Shown here one piece after another: positions 38,206 through 53,352 of a DNA stretch of 64,000 nucleotides. Below the pieces are notes generated by a model. It searched no databases, was not told where the DNA came from, and worked only from the letters and a program-made list of their open reading frames with translations. Location of the stretch: the NCBI RefSeq assembly GCF_963921235.1, contig NC_086121.1, forward strand, positions 6,572,001 to 6,636,000, given 5' to 3'. Each line of letters opens with the position of its first letter. The stretch's first letter is position 1. This DNA is from Mobula hypostoma (lineage: Eukaryota). Position numbers and translations under genes: made by a program.

Positions 38206-41200
38206 GGGGCAGCTTCCACAAAATCTCTTTTGTTCTAACTCATCCTTATTCAGCTTTTCATTGATACTTCTAAACATCTGGAAACACATTACAAAATATA
38301 GTACATAATTTTGTGCTATCAAAATTAAAAGGAAGGAGAAAAAATGCTGCATTCACAAGTTGAAAGTTAATCACATGAGGAACTTACCTGATAGCTACAG
38401 AATTGGAATGCAATCCTTTACAAATGGATACTCCACAATTTATAATTATTTATCATTCATTACATTATGGGAAAGGGGGGGGAACAATTTTTGTTGAATA
38501 TAAAAAATAAAATTAATAAGATGCAAAAACTTTCATCGTAACAAACACAAAGTGTTGGAGGAACTCAGCGAGTCAGGCAGCATCTATGGAAAGCAATAAA
38601 GAGCCGATGTTTAGGGCAGAGACCCTTCATCAGGCCCAATCAATCAATTTTACCCATCTCAACCAATTCAGATGAACCACTTCTAATCAGTCAGAATGGA
38701 AGTCTTTGTTAAGAAAGCTAACTTTGTGTATTCAGCACGTTAAACCTCCTTTCCCTAAATCAGTTTCTGTATCCCATCTTTGTATTCGAAATAAAGCTAG
38801 GATTTCTTGGATTTAGTTGATATTGGCACAAACATCTCAAACAAAACACTGTTCATTTTCATTTTGAAGCTGCAAGACTTCAAAATGACACCAATTTTCA
38901 AAACAGACTTTCCTCCATGAGCTCATTATTTTAATAACAAAAAAACTGAGACCATGTGGCTTTAATATATTAAAGTATTCAATAGCTGCTGTTCTTTCGA
39001 GTCTCCTATGCTTTCATAAGCACTAAGACTTCTGCATTTGGATAAGTGTACTAATGTATCCACAGCAGAGCAACATATGACTGAACAAAAGTGCAATCAT
39101 TTTATAATCAGCTTCAACTTTGGATTCCATTCACTGGACCAGAATATCACTTGAACATCACTAAGGTATGGTAACCTCCAAGAGAAAGAAAGTGTTTTGG
39201 AACAAATGATTTTAAATAGTCTGTTCTCCTTATTTCTCATTTCTTAATCTTTACCCTTTGTTTTCTGTAATCTAATGCAATATTATGGAGGAAAGGCAAA
39301 AATATATTTTCATTGGTATATTTATATATACATTTTCAAGATAGGTACAATTGCTCTCCACTTTGTTCCTCCAAATGCATATTCATGTTCTGGCAAAAAT
39401 AACTTGGAACTTGGACTTGTAATATTTTAGAGTAACAATACCAAAAGAAGTATAGATAGGATAAATGCAAGTAGGCTTTTTCCACTGAGGTTGGGTGAGA
39501 CTATAATAGGAGGTTGTAGTTAAGGGTGAAAGGTGAAATATTTAAGGGGAACATGAGGGGGAACTTCTTCACTGAGAGGGTGGTGGGAGGGTGGAGCAAA
39601 CTGCTTGTGCAAGTGGTGGATGAGGGTTCGATTTCAACATTTAAGAGAATTTTGGATGGGAATTGCATGGAAGACTAACATTCAGGTGCGGGTCAATGGG
39701 ACTAGGCAAAAGAACACTTCAGCATGGACTAGACGGACGGAAGGCCTGTTTCATTGCTGTAGTGCTCTATGACTGTATAACACAGTGGACCTTTGTTGCG
39801 ATGATGTGTGTTCAAAATGAAAACATATAAAAATAGTAGACATCCAAGTACAATTGCCACTCTATTAATCAGTTCTGAAATAATTTATTCACTATAGGAT
39901 TCAAGTTACCTGTTCTTCAATTTGTAGTCAATACACCAAGCCCTGTTGCACATTTGGTAGTTACATAAATTGCTTCCTGTCACATATCGTCATATTACTC
40001 GAGAACTGAAATTACTGTACCTGCTCTACGAAAGGAGAATGAAAATCATTTATGCTTATTTGCATGATTCCTGGTTGAGACGGAGGAAGAAAGGAACAAA
40101 AGTAGGTTGATAGTAAATGTTACAAGTCCGAGCCCAAATTATTTTTGCCAGAACATGAATACTGAAATTGAAATATTGCAAACTTCATTTCCAGATAGTT
40201 TTACAAAAAGTATGTTATAATGGTGTACAAGTAGTAATGGATTTGTTCATTCTAATCAGATGCAGTGTTGAGAAAACCCATCTATGGTCCTGATGCCAAC
40301 ACCTAAACTTGATGTACTCCTGCAAGGGATATGAGACAGAATTACAGATAGGTTCTGTATCTTTTTAAGGAAGGCAGTCCGACAAGATAGGTTAAAGATA
40401 TAACAAATTTTATTAACAAACAGCAGTTATGTTAAAAAACGTTGTACATAGAGAAGCAAATCAGATTTCATATAAAATACAGCTCCTGAGTTGTTACCAT
40501 CAGAACAAGTAAAGTGCAATTAAGTGTGTTAGGTAAAGTTACTAGTGTAATACTTCATTACCAGTGTAATAAAGTACATCAGTGCCTAAAGTTTACATGA
40601 AAATTTAAGACTGCCCTTACAAATACCACAAACTCAAGCTGAGCAAAAGGCATTAAGTAAAAGGCTAAAGCAGTGACTTGCACAAAGACTGTCCTGCAAT
40701 GTACAAAGGGAGCTGCGTAAGTAACACACCTCACACAGGTCCACATGGTCACTAAAATAAATTAACTGAAAGGATCAGCAATGTTGCAATTTGGACTAGA
40801 CAATGGCCTATGCACAAGTGGGGGCATGCTTTCAAGGCCACTTGGGGAGGAAGGTCCCACGCTACCTTTCTTGCCAGAAACAACAGGCACAATTCTCTGT
40901 TCCACCTGGCTACAATATGTAAGCCACAATGGACGCTGTAGATCCTTGCATTGGGAGCATTAAATGTACTCCAACATTCATGGTGTTACTTGTGAAACTA
41001 TTCATGAAACAATTCCTGGGTATCCAAATGGTCTTTCCAAACTGCAAGAGTAATCATCTAAACCAGAGGGCAATGTATTTTTTTAAACAGCAAATAATGC
41101 AGAGAACTGCACAATGAACAAAAAAAGCACTCACACATACTTACATATCAAGTACATGTGAGCTTCTTGTCAGCTGACTTGCTGTCTGCCTGATGACAAG

Positions 41201-42912
41201 GTCAGAGCTGGACTTCATCTTGAATGTTTTCCACAAGGTTTGTCACATGCCAAAAAGAACTTGAAACCCCTTAAATGTAGTGAGAGCATATTCAGATGTG
41301 TTCTTCCATGTGCACATACTTTTTAATGAAAACAAAGCCTGCTGCAAAGCCAGCAGAACAATCAGAACCCTGTGCCTCTTCCTCACTGCCATCTTGTTTC
41401 CAGTCTCCCGCTATCAACAAACACTGACCCAGAGGTTAAGCCAGCCACATTCGCATATCATCTCCAAGAGATTAAATTTCACATCATCTCTCCTGATGAA
41501 GCAAAGCTTACGACTTATTTTATTTATTTTTCAATTTAGCGATATAGCATGGTAACAGGCCCTTCCGGCCCATTGAGCCTGTGCCATCCAATTACACCCA
41601 TATGACCAATTAACTTACTGAATGTGGGAGGAAACCCATGCAGTCACAGGGAGAACATACAAATTCCTTACAGGCAGCAGTGGTACTGAACCTGGGTCAA
41701 TGGCAGATAGGAAGAAATGGGCGTTAAAAATAAGATTTATAATCTTATTTATGATCTGAAAAGATTGTTGTCAAGAGTAGCCAAGGAGATCTCCTAATGT
41801 GATTAGCTGTGATTGTGCATATTAATGGCATGTGCATTTTTTTTAAAGTCATTCATTAACTAATATAATTTTGTTTTAGGTATTTCAATGTGCTTCATAA
41901 TATGTGTTACTGCTTTTAGAACATTATAGTGTATATTTATTTGGGAAGTGGAATAGATACGTAGGACTTGATACAGGAGTATTCAGGGGAAGTATCTGTT
42001 CCCATCCTTCACAGATAATGAGAGCAAAAGATTCTCCAAGAACAACCACTTCGGTCCAGGACATTAATCCAGCATCAAACCACTTACAACAATTTATATA
42101 AGTTCTGATGAAGAATCTTGGCCCAAAATGACAACTATTTATTCCTCTCCATAGAGTGTTAACTATTTATTCCTATCCATAGAGTGTGCATGACCTGCTG
42201 AGTTCCTCTGGCATTGTCAAGGATTCTTCTTCAGAAGAGGTGATATTCATCAATGTTTAGAGCCATTAGCAGTTTTCCAGACAATGAACCAACCCAAAAT
42301 CCATACAATGAAAAATGGAGAACTTTCAGACAAGTAGCAAGTAGCCTTCAAATAATATATGTAAGGAATGGATTAAGCAAGGGAGAGTCTAATTACTTAC
42401 ATTCCACATTCTACAACATGATCATCACCAAATTCTTTAGCAATATCCTGTGGTATCACAATTGACCAAAAGTTTAACTTTACCAGACACATAAATGTCA
42501 CCAAGGACACTGGCAGATTTCTACAGATGTACTGTGGACAGCATTCTAACTGGCTGCATCACAGTCTGGCATGGGAGGGGGAGGTACTGCATAGGATCAA
42601 AGGAAGCAACACAGATTTGTAAAACTAGCTCCATCATGGGTACTACCCTCCACAGTATCCAGGTCACCTTCAAGGAGCTGTGCCTCAAAAAAGGCAGCAT
42701 CCATCATTAAGGATCCCCACCACCCAGAGCATGCCCTCTTCTTATTGTTACCATCAGGAAGGAGATACAGAAGCGTGCAGGCACACACTCAACAATTCAG
42801 GAACAGCTTCTTCTCCTCTGCCATCCAATTTCTGAATGGACATTGAACCCATGAAGACTACCTCACTATTTTATTGCACTACTTACTTAACCATTTAATG
42901 TGTTTGTGTGTG

Positions 42913-42948
<36 letters not shown>

Positions 42949-45574
42949 GTAATTCATTATTTTCTATATTATCATGTATTGCATTGTACTGCTGCCACAA
43001 AGTTAACAAATTTCATAACATATGCTGGTGATATTAAACCTGATTTGATTCTCTGATGTGATGCTGTGAAATACTCTATAATGACTCAAAGAACTAATGA
43101 GTAATCTGGGTAACCTGCAGAAAATGATTCACCTTGTGATTCTCCAAAGCTTATCCAACACCTACAAGATCTACATCAGGAATGTGATGGTTTATTCTCC
43201 AGCTGCCAAAGAAAAGCAATTTAAAGACACCCCAGGAAGCTAGACACCATCCAGCTTCACTGGCATGCCATCACCAAATGAAACAATTGGTTCCTTCAAC
43301 ACACAACAGTGGTTGCAGTGCACAGCATCTACAAAATGTGTTGCAGCAATTTGCCACAGCTACTGTACCAGTATCTCACCAAGTAGTACATGGTTAGTGA
43401 GCACCAAGAACACCAATATTTACAAGTTCCCTTCTAAGTTACACACTGTGCTGACAAGAAAATACAAGGTGTTCCTTTGTTGACATTGGGTCTAAATTGA
43501 GGAACACTCTGTCCACTGGTGTTATGAGATCACTTTCAGCAGTACTGAAGCAGTTCATGGAGGCATCACAAGACCATTTCCCAATGACAATTAATGCTTA
43601 TCTCATAAAATGAACCGAAAAACAAAAACACATACTATCATATTTTATATTGATTTTGACTTTTATAAATCTTCATGTGTAGGATTCTTGACTAAAATTA
43701 AAATCATTTGTTGAACAAAAATTTCTAAGTCTTACTGATGTTGCAATGAAACAAATATTTTAAGCTGCTATCTATTCTGCTACACACAAGTGAGAAGGAA
43801 ATTATCAGCTTATACTGAGGCACCGCTTTATATAAACCCTCTTCCATCAGCAGCTTTACAAAAAACACAAAACTGTAAATGTAATAACACACAGCAGATA
43901 TGAATATTAAAAGAGGTAGACACAATCATTTGGACATACATGAGTACATAGCAATGCTGGATAAGGATGAAACATTTAACATCCATTTCTAAAAGTTATC
44001 TGCATTTCCACAAATCATTCCCAACACAAGAAATCCCTGAAGGGAAGAGATTCATATTGCATAACATACAGTGTATTTTGCTTTTTTAAATTGTTCTAGA
44101 CAGCTCTCCACATGATCTGTTTAATATCTTCAACCTTAACTGAACTATTAAATAAAATCTGGCAAGTTAAAAAAAAATTGGGCTGGGATATTAAGTGACA
44201 GAAAAGCCATTTATTTAATTAAATTCATATAAAGCATGTGGATAAAATTTTATATGTGTTTCAAACTTTTCTTCCTGAATATATTCTTAATGCTCATCTA
44301 TAGTAATTTACTTTGGTTCTAAAATTGTACTTTAAAACAACCATCAGAAAATACAAAAGTACTTTCACTGGTGTCTAATGTGTTCCAAACATCAGATATT
44401 CCTAAAATAAAGCACCTTAATTTTAAGAATGATGGAATTAAAATAGAGTGAATAGTATGTAGTTGTTTGTAATTTTAATTTTTTAAAAGATTCAACTATT
44501 CCCAAAAAAGAGACAGGAAATTAATGTGACAAAGGATTGAACCCTTTTATTTTATTAACGGCTTCACAGCATATCTTATTCACATACTTTCCCTGCCAAC
44601 ATTTAACAGAAAAAAATGCCATACTGTAAGAAGATCTCATTGTCACAACATGACATTAAGCAATATGCACAATCACAGCTGCTCTCATTTGGATAGCTCC
44701 TCGGTTACCACTTGACAACAATCCTTTCAGATCAACGTAAAACAAAATGGTACAAGTGACCACAGATGTTATACTGACTATGGCAGGCTGGCCCCTTTGT
44801 TTGGACCATGCATTCATGGGTCTTACCTACACTATTTATATTTAAAATCTCCGCAAGCTTCGAAGGCAATTTGGCCATCTGTCACCTCGACTATTTTTTG
44901 TGACTATGAATATTAGCTGCACCAGGCAGAGAGTCTCTGGCAGGCAAATAGCGAATAAACCAGTCAGATGTTCAGGAAATGATTTGCTTCCTAGGTTTCA
45001 TGTTGGAATCAATTTCCTTTTATTTAGATATTAGTCCCCATAGGTAGATCGAAGATACAGTGTTCTTTACAGTGCCTCAAATGGGAACAGTGCAGCGTAT
45101 AATGAAAATACATTCTTCATAACATCTGCTTTACATAGCACGGTCTGCTCGTAAGATTTAAATTTTTACAATGGTTAATCAATGTAGGAGCATTATAGAG
45201 CTGTCTTCCGCTTTTGGTAGTGTTGGCAAATTTAATAAATACAGAGAAAGCACAATAAATGCTGCAACACATTAAACACCAGAAATGATTGATCACTGTC
45301 CTCCTTCATAACTAAAAGATGTTAATTTGACATCATTGCAAACTCACAGCTCTATCTTTACACAAAGTCAAACATTAGCTGCCAGCTAAAATCTGAATTA
45401 TTTGCACAAAAGCCATTTTAATCAAAGAGAGGTCATTTACTTCAGCATGCTTTTGGGTGTTTGCCACCACTATCAGCTATTCAATCTTATCTATCCAAAT
45501 CTTTTTCCGTGGACACAGCTTCCCTGCTATACTTTATTTGAAATTTCGAAGTCTGCATTTTTTTCTGATGATCT

Positions 45575-46040
45575 GAACATTGATTTCTCTAACTTCAGGT
45601 AATTTCTCCCCTTTCCTCCTTCTCTCTTCCCCATTATGTCTCCACTCTTACCCATTCTCTTCTCCTCAGCTACCCATCACCTTCCTCTGGTGCCCCACCT
45701 CCTTCTCTTTTTCCATGATCCACAGTCCTCTCCTATCAGATTTCTTCATCAGCCCGTTATCCCTTCCATCTCCCAGCTTCTCACTTCATCCTCCCTCCTC
45801 CACCCAGCTATCTTCCCCATCACCTGGTGGCACCCAACTCACCAGCCAGCTTGTACTTACCTTATCCCCCACTTATTCTGGTTTCTTTACCCCAACCCTC
45901 CACACACTTCCAGTACTGATGAAGGATCTCTTTCCGAAATACCAATTGTTTATTCCTCTCCATGATGATGCCGGACCTGTTAAGTTCCTTCAGCGTTTTG
46001 TGTGTGTTGCTCTCGCTTTACAGCATTTGCAGAATTTCTT
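45575..46040 (+). mobile_element. Older Penelope-like pLTR fragment (further pieces to ~46650)
   Basis: LNIDFSNFR* followed by a pyrimidine-rich tract and a degenerate CTGATGA...GAAA. Confidence 0.7.
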
Positions 46041-49000
46041 GGATGGGTCGGAAGGTTGGAGGAGAAATGAAGGAACAGCAGGAGGGTAGTTAAAGCCATT
46101 CACAGCTGAACCTGATCCCATCGTTATCCATTATCTATATATTATACTCTTCTCATAATCAACATTTCAATATCAGAAGACTCAAAGGACTTGAGTAGAA
46201 AGTGGGAAAGCAATAGTGATTGATTGGATTAGACATGATCTGATTGGTGCAGCAGGCTTGTGGTCTGGCTGGCCTATTCCTGATGCCATTTTTCCATACA
46301 CCTTCGTCCTCACCTGGTCTCACCTATGACTTGTCAATCTTGAACTCCTTCCTTTCCCCCCACCTTCTTATTCTGGTTTCTGACCCTTTCCTTCCCAGTC
46401 CTGATAAAGGGCCTTGGTCCGGAACATCAACTGCTTATTCCCCTCCATAGATATGATCTGACCGCCTGAGTTCCTTCAGCATTTTGGTGTTAACTGAACA
46501 GTAATGAGATTGCAATCCTAGAAGCATATCCCCATCCCCAGCCACACACACAAAATGCTGGAGAAACTCAGCATTTATGGAAACGATTAAGCACTCAACA
46601 TTTTGGGCTAAGACCCTTCACCAGGATTGGAAAGGAAAGGGGTAGATACCCATCACCAGGCTAACTGCCCAGTAGTTATAACCATCTTATCATAAATATT
46701 TAATCTAAATAAGCTTCAAAAGGGACTTTACCTCTTAAAATTATTTATATACAGGTACCTTTCTTCTTCTCAACCAATACAGACTAATTATACTTAAAAA
46801 TTTATTAAAACAGCCAAATAGTGAGGTAAAATGAAATGCCATCACTTCTGTTGTCATTCAACAGGACATTGACCTTAAAAGTAACATAGTTAAGATAGAG
46901 AGGTGGGTGTAACCAATTCAGTGATGCTCTTGGAACGTAGAACACAGCACAGTACAAGCCCCCCGGCCCATGATGTTGTGCTGACCTCTACAAAACCTAC
47001 ACCACGATCAATCTAATCCTTCCCTCCTACACAGCCCATATCCCTCCTTTGTTTGGATCCCTGTGGCTACCTAAGAGTTTCTAAAATGTCCCTTTTGTAT
47101 CAGCCTCAACCACCACCCCTACCAGTGCAATCCAGGCACCCATCCTTCCCTGTGTGAAAAAAACCTATCTCTGACATCCCCCAGACTTTGCTCCACTCAC
47201 CCTAAATGGAAATCCTCTGGTGTTGGCCAGTATCGTCCTGGGAAAAAAAGCAGCAGCTGTCCATTCTACTTGTGCCTCAAAAGGATGTGCCTTACCTTGT
47301 GACATGTTACAAGGCTCAAATCCGCTTTCATTCCTACACAGATAAGTGCAACACACTCTATACTGCATGGGATTTCTTCCTTGATCCCCAAAGAGAAAAT
47401 GGAAGGAGAACTGCAGGGTTAAAGACATTACCTTCATTTTTCTGAAATGGACTAAAATTCAAAACCAGCAATGTCTAAACTGGAGCTCCCTATGAAGGCT
47501 GCTATTTGCCTAGAACCTTTACTACTATTTCATTTGTTAGATTTACACAATCACTACATACAGTGAGGCAGATCTTGTAGGCAACAACCTTGCTTTCAGT
47601 GAAATCATTCTTCAATGCAACCATAAAAGCTGCAATACCTATTCATGGGCTACCCGATCGAATCGTAGAATTACAGAGCAGTCGGGCACTGACAGAGGCT
47701 ATTCAATGCAGAGTCAGCTCTTTCAAATAATCACATAATTCATCTATCTCCACAGCTCCTTCCCTATTCTTCCATAGCTTTTCCTCCTTCTGAAAGGCTG
47801 AAGGGGGTTGCATGTCTTATTCTTGCTCCTCATCTATGAATGCTTATATTAAAACGGAAACATTTTCGGACTCCTTGGATGGGATTCCCAAAATTTTTAT
47901 TTTTTTTATATTTATTTCACAATATAGTGCAGAATAGGCCTTTCTGGTCTCTTGAGCCATGCCACTCCCGCAATCCCACACCCCAACTAAGTTTAAACTA
48001 ATCATGGGACAATTTACAATAACCAAATAATTTACTCGGTATGCCCTTGGGCTACTGGAGAAAACCAGAACACCCCGGGAAAAACCATGCATTCTATGGG
48101 GAGGATGTACAGAGATCCCTTACAGAATAGAGCAGGAATTGAACTCCAGACTCTGGAACACCCCAAGCTATAACAGTATCACGCAAACCATTATGCTACC
48201 ATGGCGCTTGAACAATATGGGACAGATTGAAGCAGCAGGAGTGAAAAGGAACTTAGAAAAAGAGAGGCAAGCAACTAGATAGTAAAATACAAATAAAAGT
48301 AAAAATATATTCAAAGAATGGGAGCTGAACAAGAGAAAAATGCAATACAATGAAAGAGACGTGACTGCAATTTAAAAAAAATTATGATACAAAGGAAGTA
48401 AGCATTACTATATTAGCGAAATATTTTTTGCATTCTAAGTGCCGGGATAGATTTTATAGTCTACATATGTAAATAAATGTACATATTATCACTGATTAAA
48501 GTGCTCATTTGGATAGAACTATGGAACAATTTATAGTCTTTCTACTAAACATTTTAAGTTATAAATTATAATTTAATTGCAAGGTAGCTTTAAATCTGAA
48601 AAGAAACACTATGGAAAACCTGTGTTCAAGCAGAATTTTTAAATAGATATTTTGATTGGCTGGCTTTTTTAATTCACCTGTTATCTGGAGTGTGAAATGT
48701 ATGCAACCTTAGACCATGAGTAATGTTAAAAAGTGGAACAGTATTTCCAACGATTTACAACACACATACATAGCCTGTGTGCCTTTTATAACTGGATAAC
48801 ATCTTATTGTCCTCATTATAGGAAAAACTGAACTGATAAAGCCTCCGTATCAAAAACTGGTCACTACCTACTGTATAATTTTACAGGATTTTATAAAGTG
48901 CTCACAATCTTGTAGAAAAATGTTTCCATGTTGGCCATAAAGCAGATTTAATCAAAAAGCTGCCCAAAAAATTGTGAAAAGAGTGATTATTGTTTGGGGA

Positions 49001-49413
49001 TGCATTATTTAACTCCATACATTTTTAATAGCTTTGAAATTGGCCTATGCAGGCTAACAAAAACAGAATGTTGCAACATTAATGCACAAGCCAGTAACTC
49101 CTGAATTATTGTACGGCAAAAAACTGCCAGGTACTGCATTTCTAAAATGGGTCATAAATGCAAGATCAATATTGTACAGTAAATGGGACTTTTCATCATG
49201 GATGGGATATGAGCTATGCTCATACCTATTTATGAGATACATTATATATTGTGTGACCATGTACACTACCCCTACCAGCACTGCAAGTACTCTTTTTAAA
49301 TTAAAGGCTATTTCTACAACAAGCCTGCTGTCAACTTAATGCACCACTTTTCAATTCTTCAGACCAGGAGAATACAATAAAGTGCATCTCTAAAAAGAAT
49401 AGCCTTATCTAAA

Positions 49414-49431
49414 GGCAGCGCCATCTGCAAG
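49414..49431 (-). promoter_or_regulatory. CTCF-like motif in a repeat-poor island
   Basis: Minus strand CTTGCAGATGGCGCTGCC matches the 3' core (AGRKGGCGCT) of the CTCF consensus. Confidence 0.4.
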
Positions 49432-51726
49432 AGATTAGCAAATAGCAACAAGCCCTGATTGCTTATCTCAACGCACATACATGGTTACAAATGCCCAACT
49501 TGATTGAGCGAGGTAATGGAAAACAGGAAATGAGAAGGCTTGGTTAAGCTGCAAATAATCGATCACTATATTCAGTGAAGTGCGAGTTGAGCCGCGCTAA
49601 GCTGCTTGGGGTATCAAATACATCAATCGCTTCACTGGAATAAATAGCAAGGCCCAACCATTCAGCCATATCTGGTAATCTCTCCTCAGAAACTCAAAAG
49701 GTTGTCTTAATCTTATCTTAATGATACTGCATTTGGACATTAATTATTCTTTGCATTGGTTATTCTATCTGTTAAATGCTAATGATGTTGGAATCAGTTC
49801 AAATGTATGAATCTCGCTATCCCCATTTCAAATTTTGTATGCTCAGTTGTAAGCATTCAGGGATCTGAGGTGGAAAGCTGAAATTCTCCTGAAAACTGAC
49901 AGCTAGGATATGCCTAAGATATTAGGGAGTGAATTAGGAAATGCATTGTGGTGTACGAAACGAATCAAAGTGGCCCTTCAATGCCGGTCAAAGGTCGTTG
50001 CTTGCCCTCCCTGATTTAATCAAATGTGTGTGGTGCCTTTCTGCTCGGTTTAACATTCACTTCCTTTGAATGCCATTAACATCTGTCCTTGCACAGCGCC
50101 TTTTTCCACAAAATGTCAAAGAAGAGCTATTGTACAATGTATCTTCCACTAAATCAGTGCATGCTACACTTAATGCCACAGACTTGTTCGGTTTTTGTGT
50201 AATATCAAAAGAGCATTTCAGTAATTTCACGCAGATAACATATTAGTATTTTACAGCAACAATAAACAGTGTGCATTTTAAATTACCAGAGTTAATGCCA
50301 AACACAATCAGCAAACACTTTACCCAACAACTCATGACATTACAAATATATTAACCTAATGATTAAATATGCCTGCCTGACTTATAATAGCAGAATTCAG
50401 AATATTAATACGCAGATGATATTTTCACAGTGTTCAAAAATAAGGTTATTTTAAAAATACAGATTATTGTTTTGATGTAAAACTTACTAGTAATTTTAAA
50501 CAGGATTATTTTGCAGAAATACAGGACATATTATTTTCAATGATATACAAGATCAGTTCACAGTAAAATGGATTACAATTTCTACACAGGAAAAAATTAA
50601 TCTACCAGTTCCCTAAAAAGTCTCAAATCATTTTAGTGGCACAGCTGGGTATCAAAATGAAGTTCAATTGACCTTGCATTATATTATGTTACAATCCTAA
50701 TTCGTTGCTACTATTTCATTGACTGATGAATTTGCAGAAGTTAATATGCAACTGAGGTTAAGACCATTAATTTCCCTTCCAGTTAAAAGAAAAAAAATAA
50801 CAAAAGCAGTGAAGCCAACTTCGGAGAGCAAATTCTGAGACTGTCAATCATTGACTGCAATAAAGGAGGACTGCAGAGATAGCTGAGAAAAGTGTATGGC
50901 AAAATAATTCAGCAAAAGTAATTTGACAGATTTACAGTTCAAAACTGCTGAGGTTTTGATTTCTAGACAACTGTAAGATAGTTTACAATATAATGCATGA
51001 GTATCATTATCTGTCACTGCATAATGTACATATTTATTTTCTGATTTTGCTTAAATGCTGTTCCTAGTGCTGCCCAATCATGACTTCTTTACTCTCAATA
51101 AGTCACAGAGTAATAGAGGCCACCATGTCCACACCAACCATCAAGCCCAATCTATAGTAACTCCATTTATAAACACTTAGCCAGTATATTTGGCCACAGA
51201 ATACCTCCCAATTTAAGAGCTCACCCAGATCATCTTAAATCCTGCAAGAGTACCTGCCTTCACCAACTTTTCAGGCAATGGGTTCGAGATTTCAATCATA
51301 AGCTGGCTGAAAGATTTTTTTTTCCACAGATCCCTTCTAACCCTTTTATAACCTCCCTTAAACTTAGACCCTCTGCTATGGGGAATAGTATGAGGAACAG
51401 ATAAGGGGAGGAAGGGAAGCAGGGATGGATGGAAAGATGGTGTTTCCTACTATCATTCCTATCGCAATTTTGTACACCTCCATCAGGTTCCCTTTCAGCT
51501 TTCTCTATTCCAAAGAACACAAACCCAGCTACCAGACACGCCTCAGAACTAAAATAGCCCATTCTTAGCAACATTCTAGTGAATTTCTCTGTGTCCTTTC
51601 CAGTACAATTCTGCCCATTTCGATTTTGTTGGTCCCAAATGGATGCATCCCAGGCCTATTCAGTCTCCTTTCAAGTCTGTCAGGACATCTCCCAGTCTGA
51701 CTCCAAGTAAGCAACTTACTACCCGG

Positions 51727-51935
51727 TCGGCTGACGGCGCAGTGAGATTAGCGCCGGGATCGAGAACGGAGGTTCCCGAGTTTGATCCAGTGACAGGCCA
51801 CTCCCAAGCACGCTCTCCATCCGTGCGGGGTTGATGTCGAGCTCGCAACTTGACCTCGTAAAACAAAAACACTGTCACTTCCAGTTTAAATTCCCATGCG
51901 GAATATTGTGGAGGATCAAATACCCAAACATTCAA
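51727..51935 (+). mobile_element. tRNA-derived SINE
   Basis: Related to 34455-34658 (ggctgacggcgcagtg..gtttgatcc..gagctcgcaact). Confidence 0.75.
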
Positions 51936-52956
51936 ACGTCCTTACAAGGTATAACATGCTCTTTATTACTTAAGCAATGAAAACTGCCGCATTTCACTTC
52001 ACACCCAGCACTTCCAGCACCGTGCTTATATATTCCCAGACATTCTCTCTTCTTCTGAGCTATCCCCAATATCCTGAAATGGGAGGGTAAGCAACCAGAG
52101 GTCATGGTACATATTGGTACCAATGACATAGGTAGAAGGGTGGAGGTCCTGAAAGCAGAATACAGGGAGTTAGGAAGGAAGCTGAGAACCAGGACCTCAA
52201 AGGTAGTAATCTCGGGATTGCTGCCTATGCCACGCAACAGTGAGTACAGGAATACAATGAGGTGAAGGATAAATGTGTGGCTTGGAGCAGGGACAGGGAT
52301 TCAGATTTTTGGATCATTGGGACCTCTTCTGGGGCAAGTGTGACCTGTACAAAAAGGATGGGTTGCACTTGAAACCAAGGGGGACCAATATCCTGGCGGG
52401 AGGTTCGCTATTGCTATTGGGGAGGGTTTAAACTAGATTTGCAAGGGGTCGGAACCGAAGTGAACAGGCTGAGGATGGGGAAGTTGGAGCACAAGCAGAC
52501 AGCTTGTAGGGTGTTTGTGAGGAAGGACAGGCAGATGTTAGAGCAAAGGTGCACTCAGCCTGATAGTTTGAGATGTGTCTTTTGTCATACAAGGAATATC
52601 ATAAACAAGGCAGTAGAACTTAGAGCGTGGATCAATACGCGGAACCGTGACGTTGTGGCCATTACAGAGATTTGGATGTCCCAGGAGCAGGAATGGCGGC
52701 TGAGTGTGCCAGGCTTTGGATTTTTCAAAAAGAACAGAGAGGGAGGCAAAAGAGGTGGGGGTGCGGCATTGCTAATTAGCAATAGTGTCACGGCTGCAGA
52801 AAAGGAGGAAGTCATGAAGGGATTGTGCCATTGTGGGTGGAAGTCACAAACGGGAAAGGGGCAATAACTTTTTTTTTCTAGACCACCCCCAATAGTAACA
52901 GGGATGTCGAGGAGTAGATAAGGAGGGAGATTCTAGAATGTGCAATAATAATGTTA

Positions 52957-53352
52957 GAAACATAGAAAACCTACAGCACAATACAAACCCTTCGGCCCAC
53001 AATACTGTGCCGAACATATACTTACTTCAGAAATTACCTTGGGTTACCCAGAGCCCTCTATTTTTCTAAGCTCCACGTACCTATCTAAGACCTATCTTAA
53101 AAGACCCTACTGTATCCATCTCCACCACTGTCACCGGCAGCCCATTCCATGCACTCACCACTCTGTGTAAAAAAACTTACCCATCTCCTCTGTATCTACT
53201 TCCAAGCACCTTAAAACTGTGCCCTCTCATGTTAGCCATTTCAGCCCTGGGAAGAAGTTCTGAATATCCACACAATCAATGCCTCTCATCATCTTACATA
53301 CCTCTATCAGGTCACCCCTTATCCTCCGTCACTCCAAGGAGAAAAGGCCAAA
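52957..53352 (-). mobile_element. Antisense CR1 3' fragment nested in the CR1
   Basis: Begins agaaacatagaaaacctacagc; same family as 27280-27628. Confidence 0.85.

Noticed and set aside
41280-41555. Plus-strand ORF containing VH..NKACCKASRTIRTLC..PV..QRLSQ, loosely like my recollection of the mammalian RERE segment preceding SKRDH
   Set aside because: It is on the wrong strand for RERE, has no convincing splice sites and low identity; treated as coincidence.
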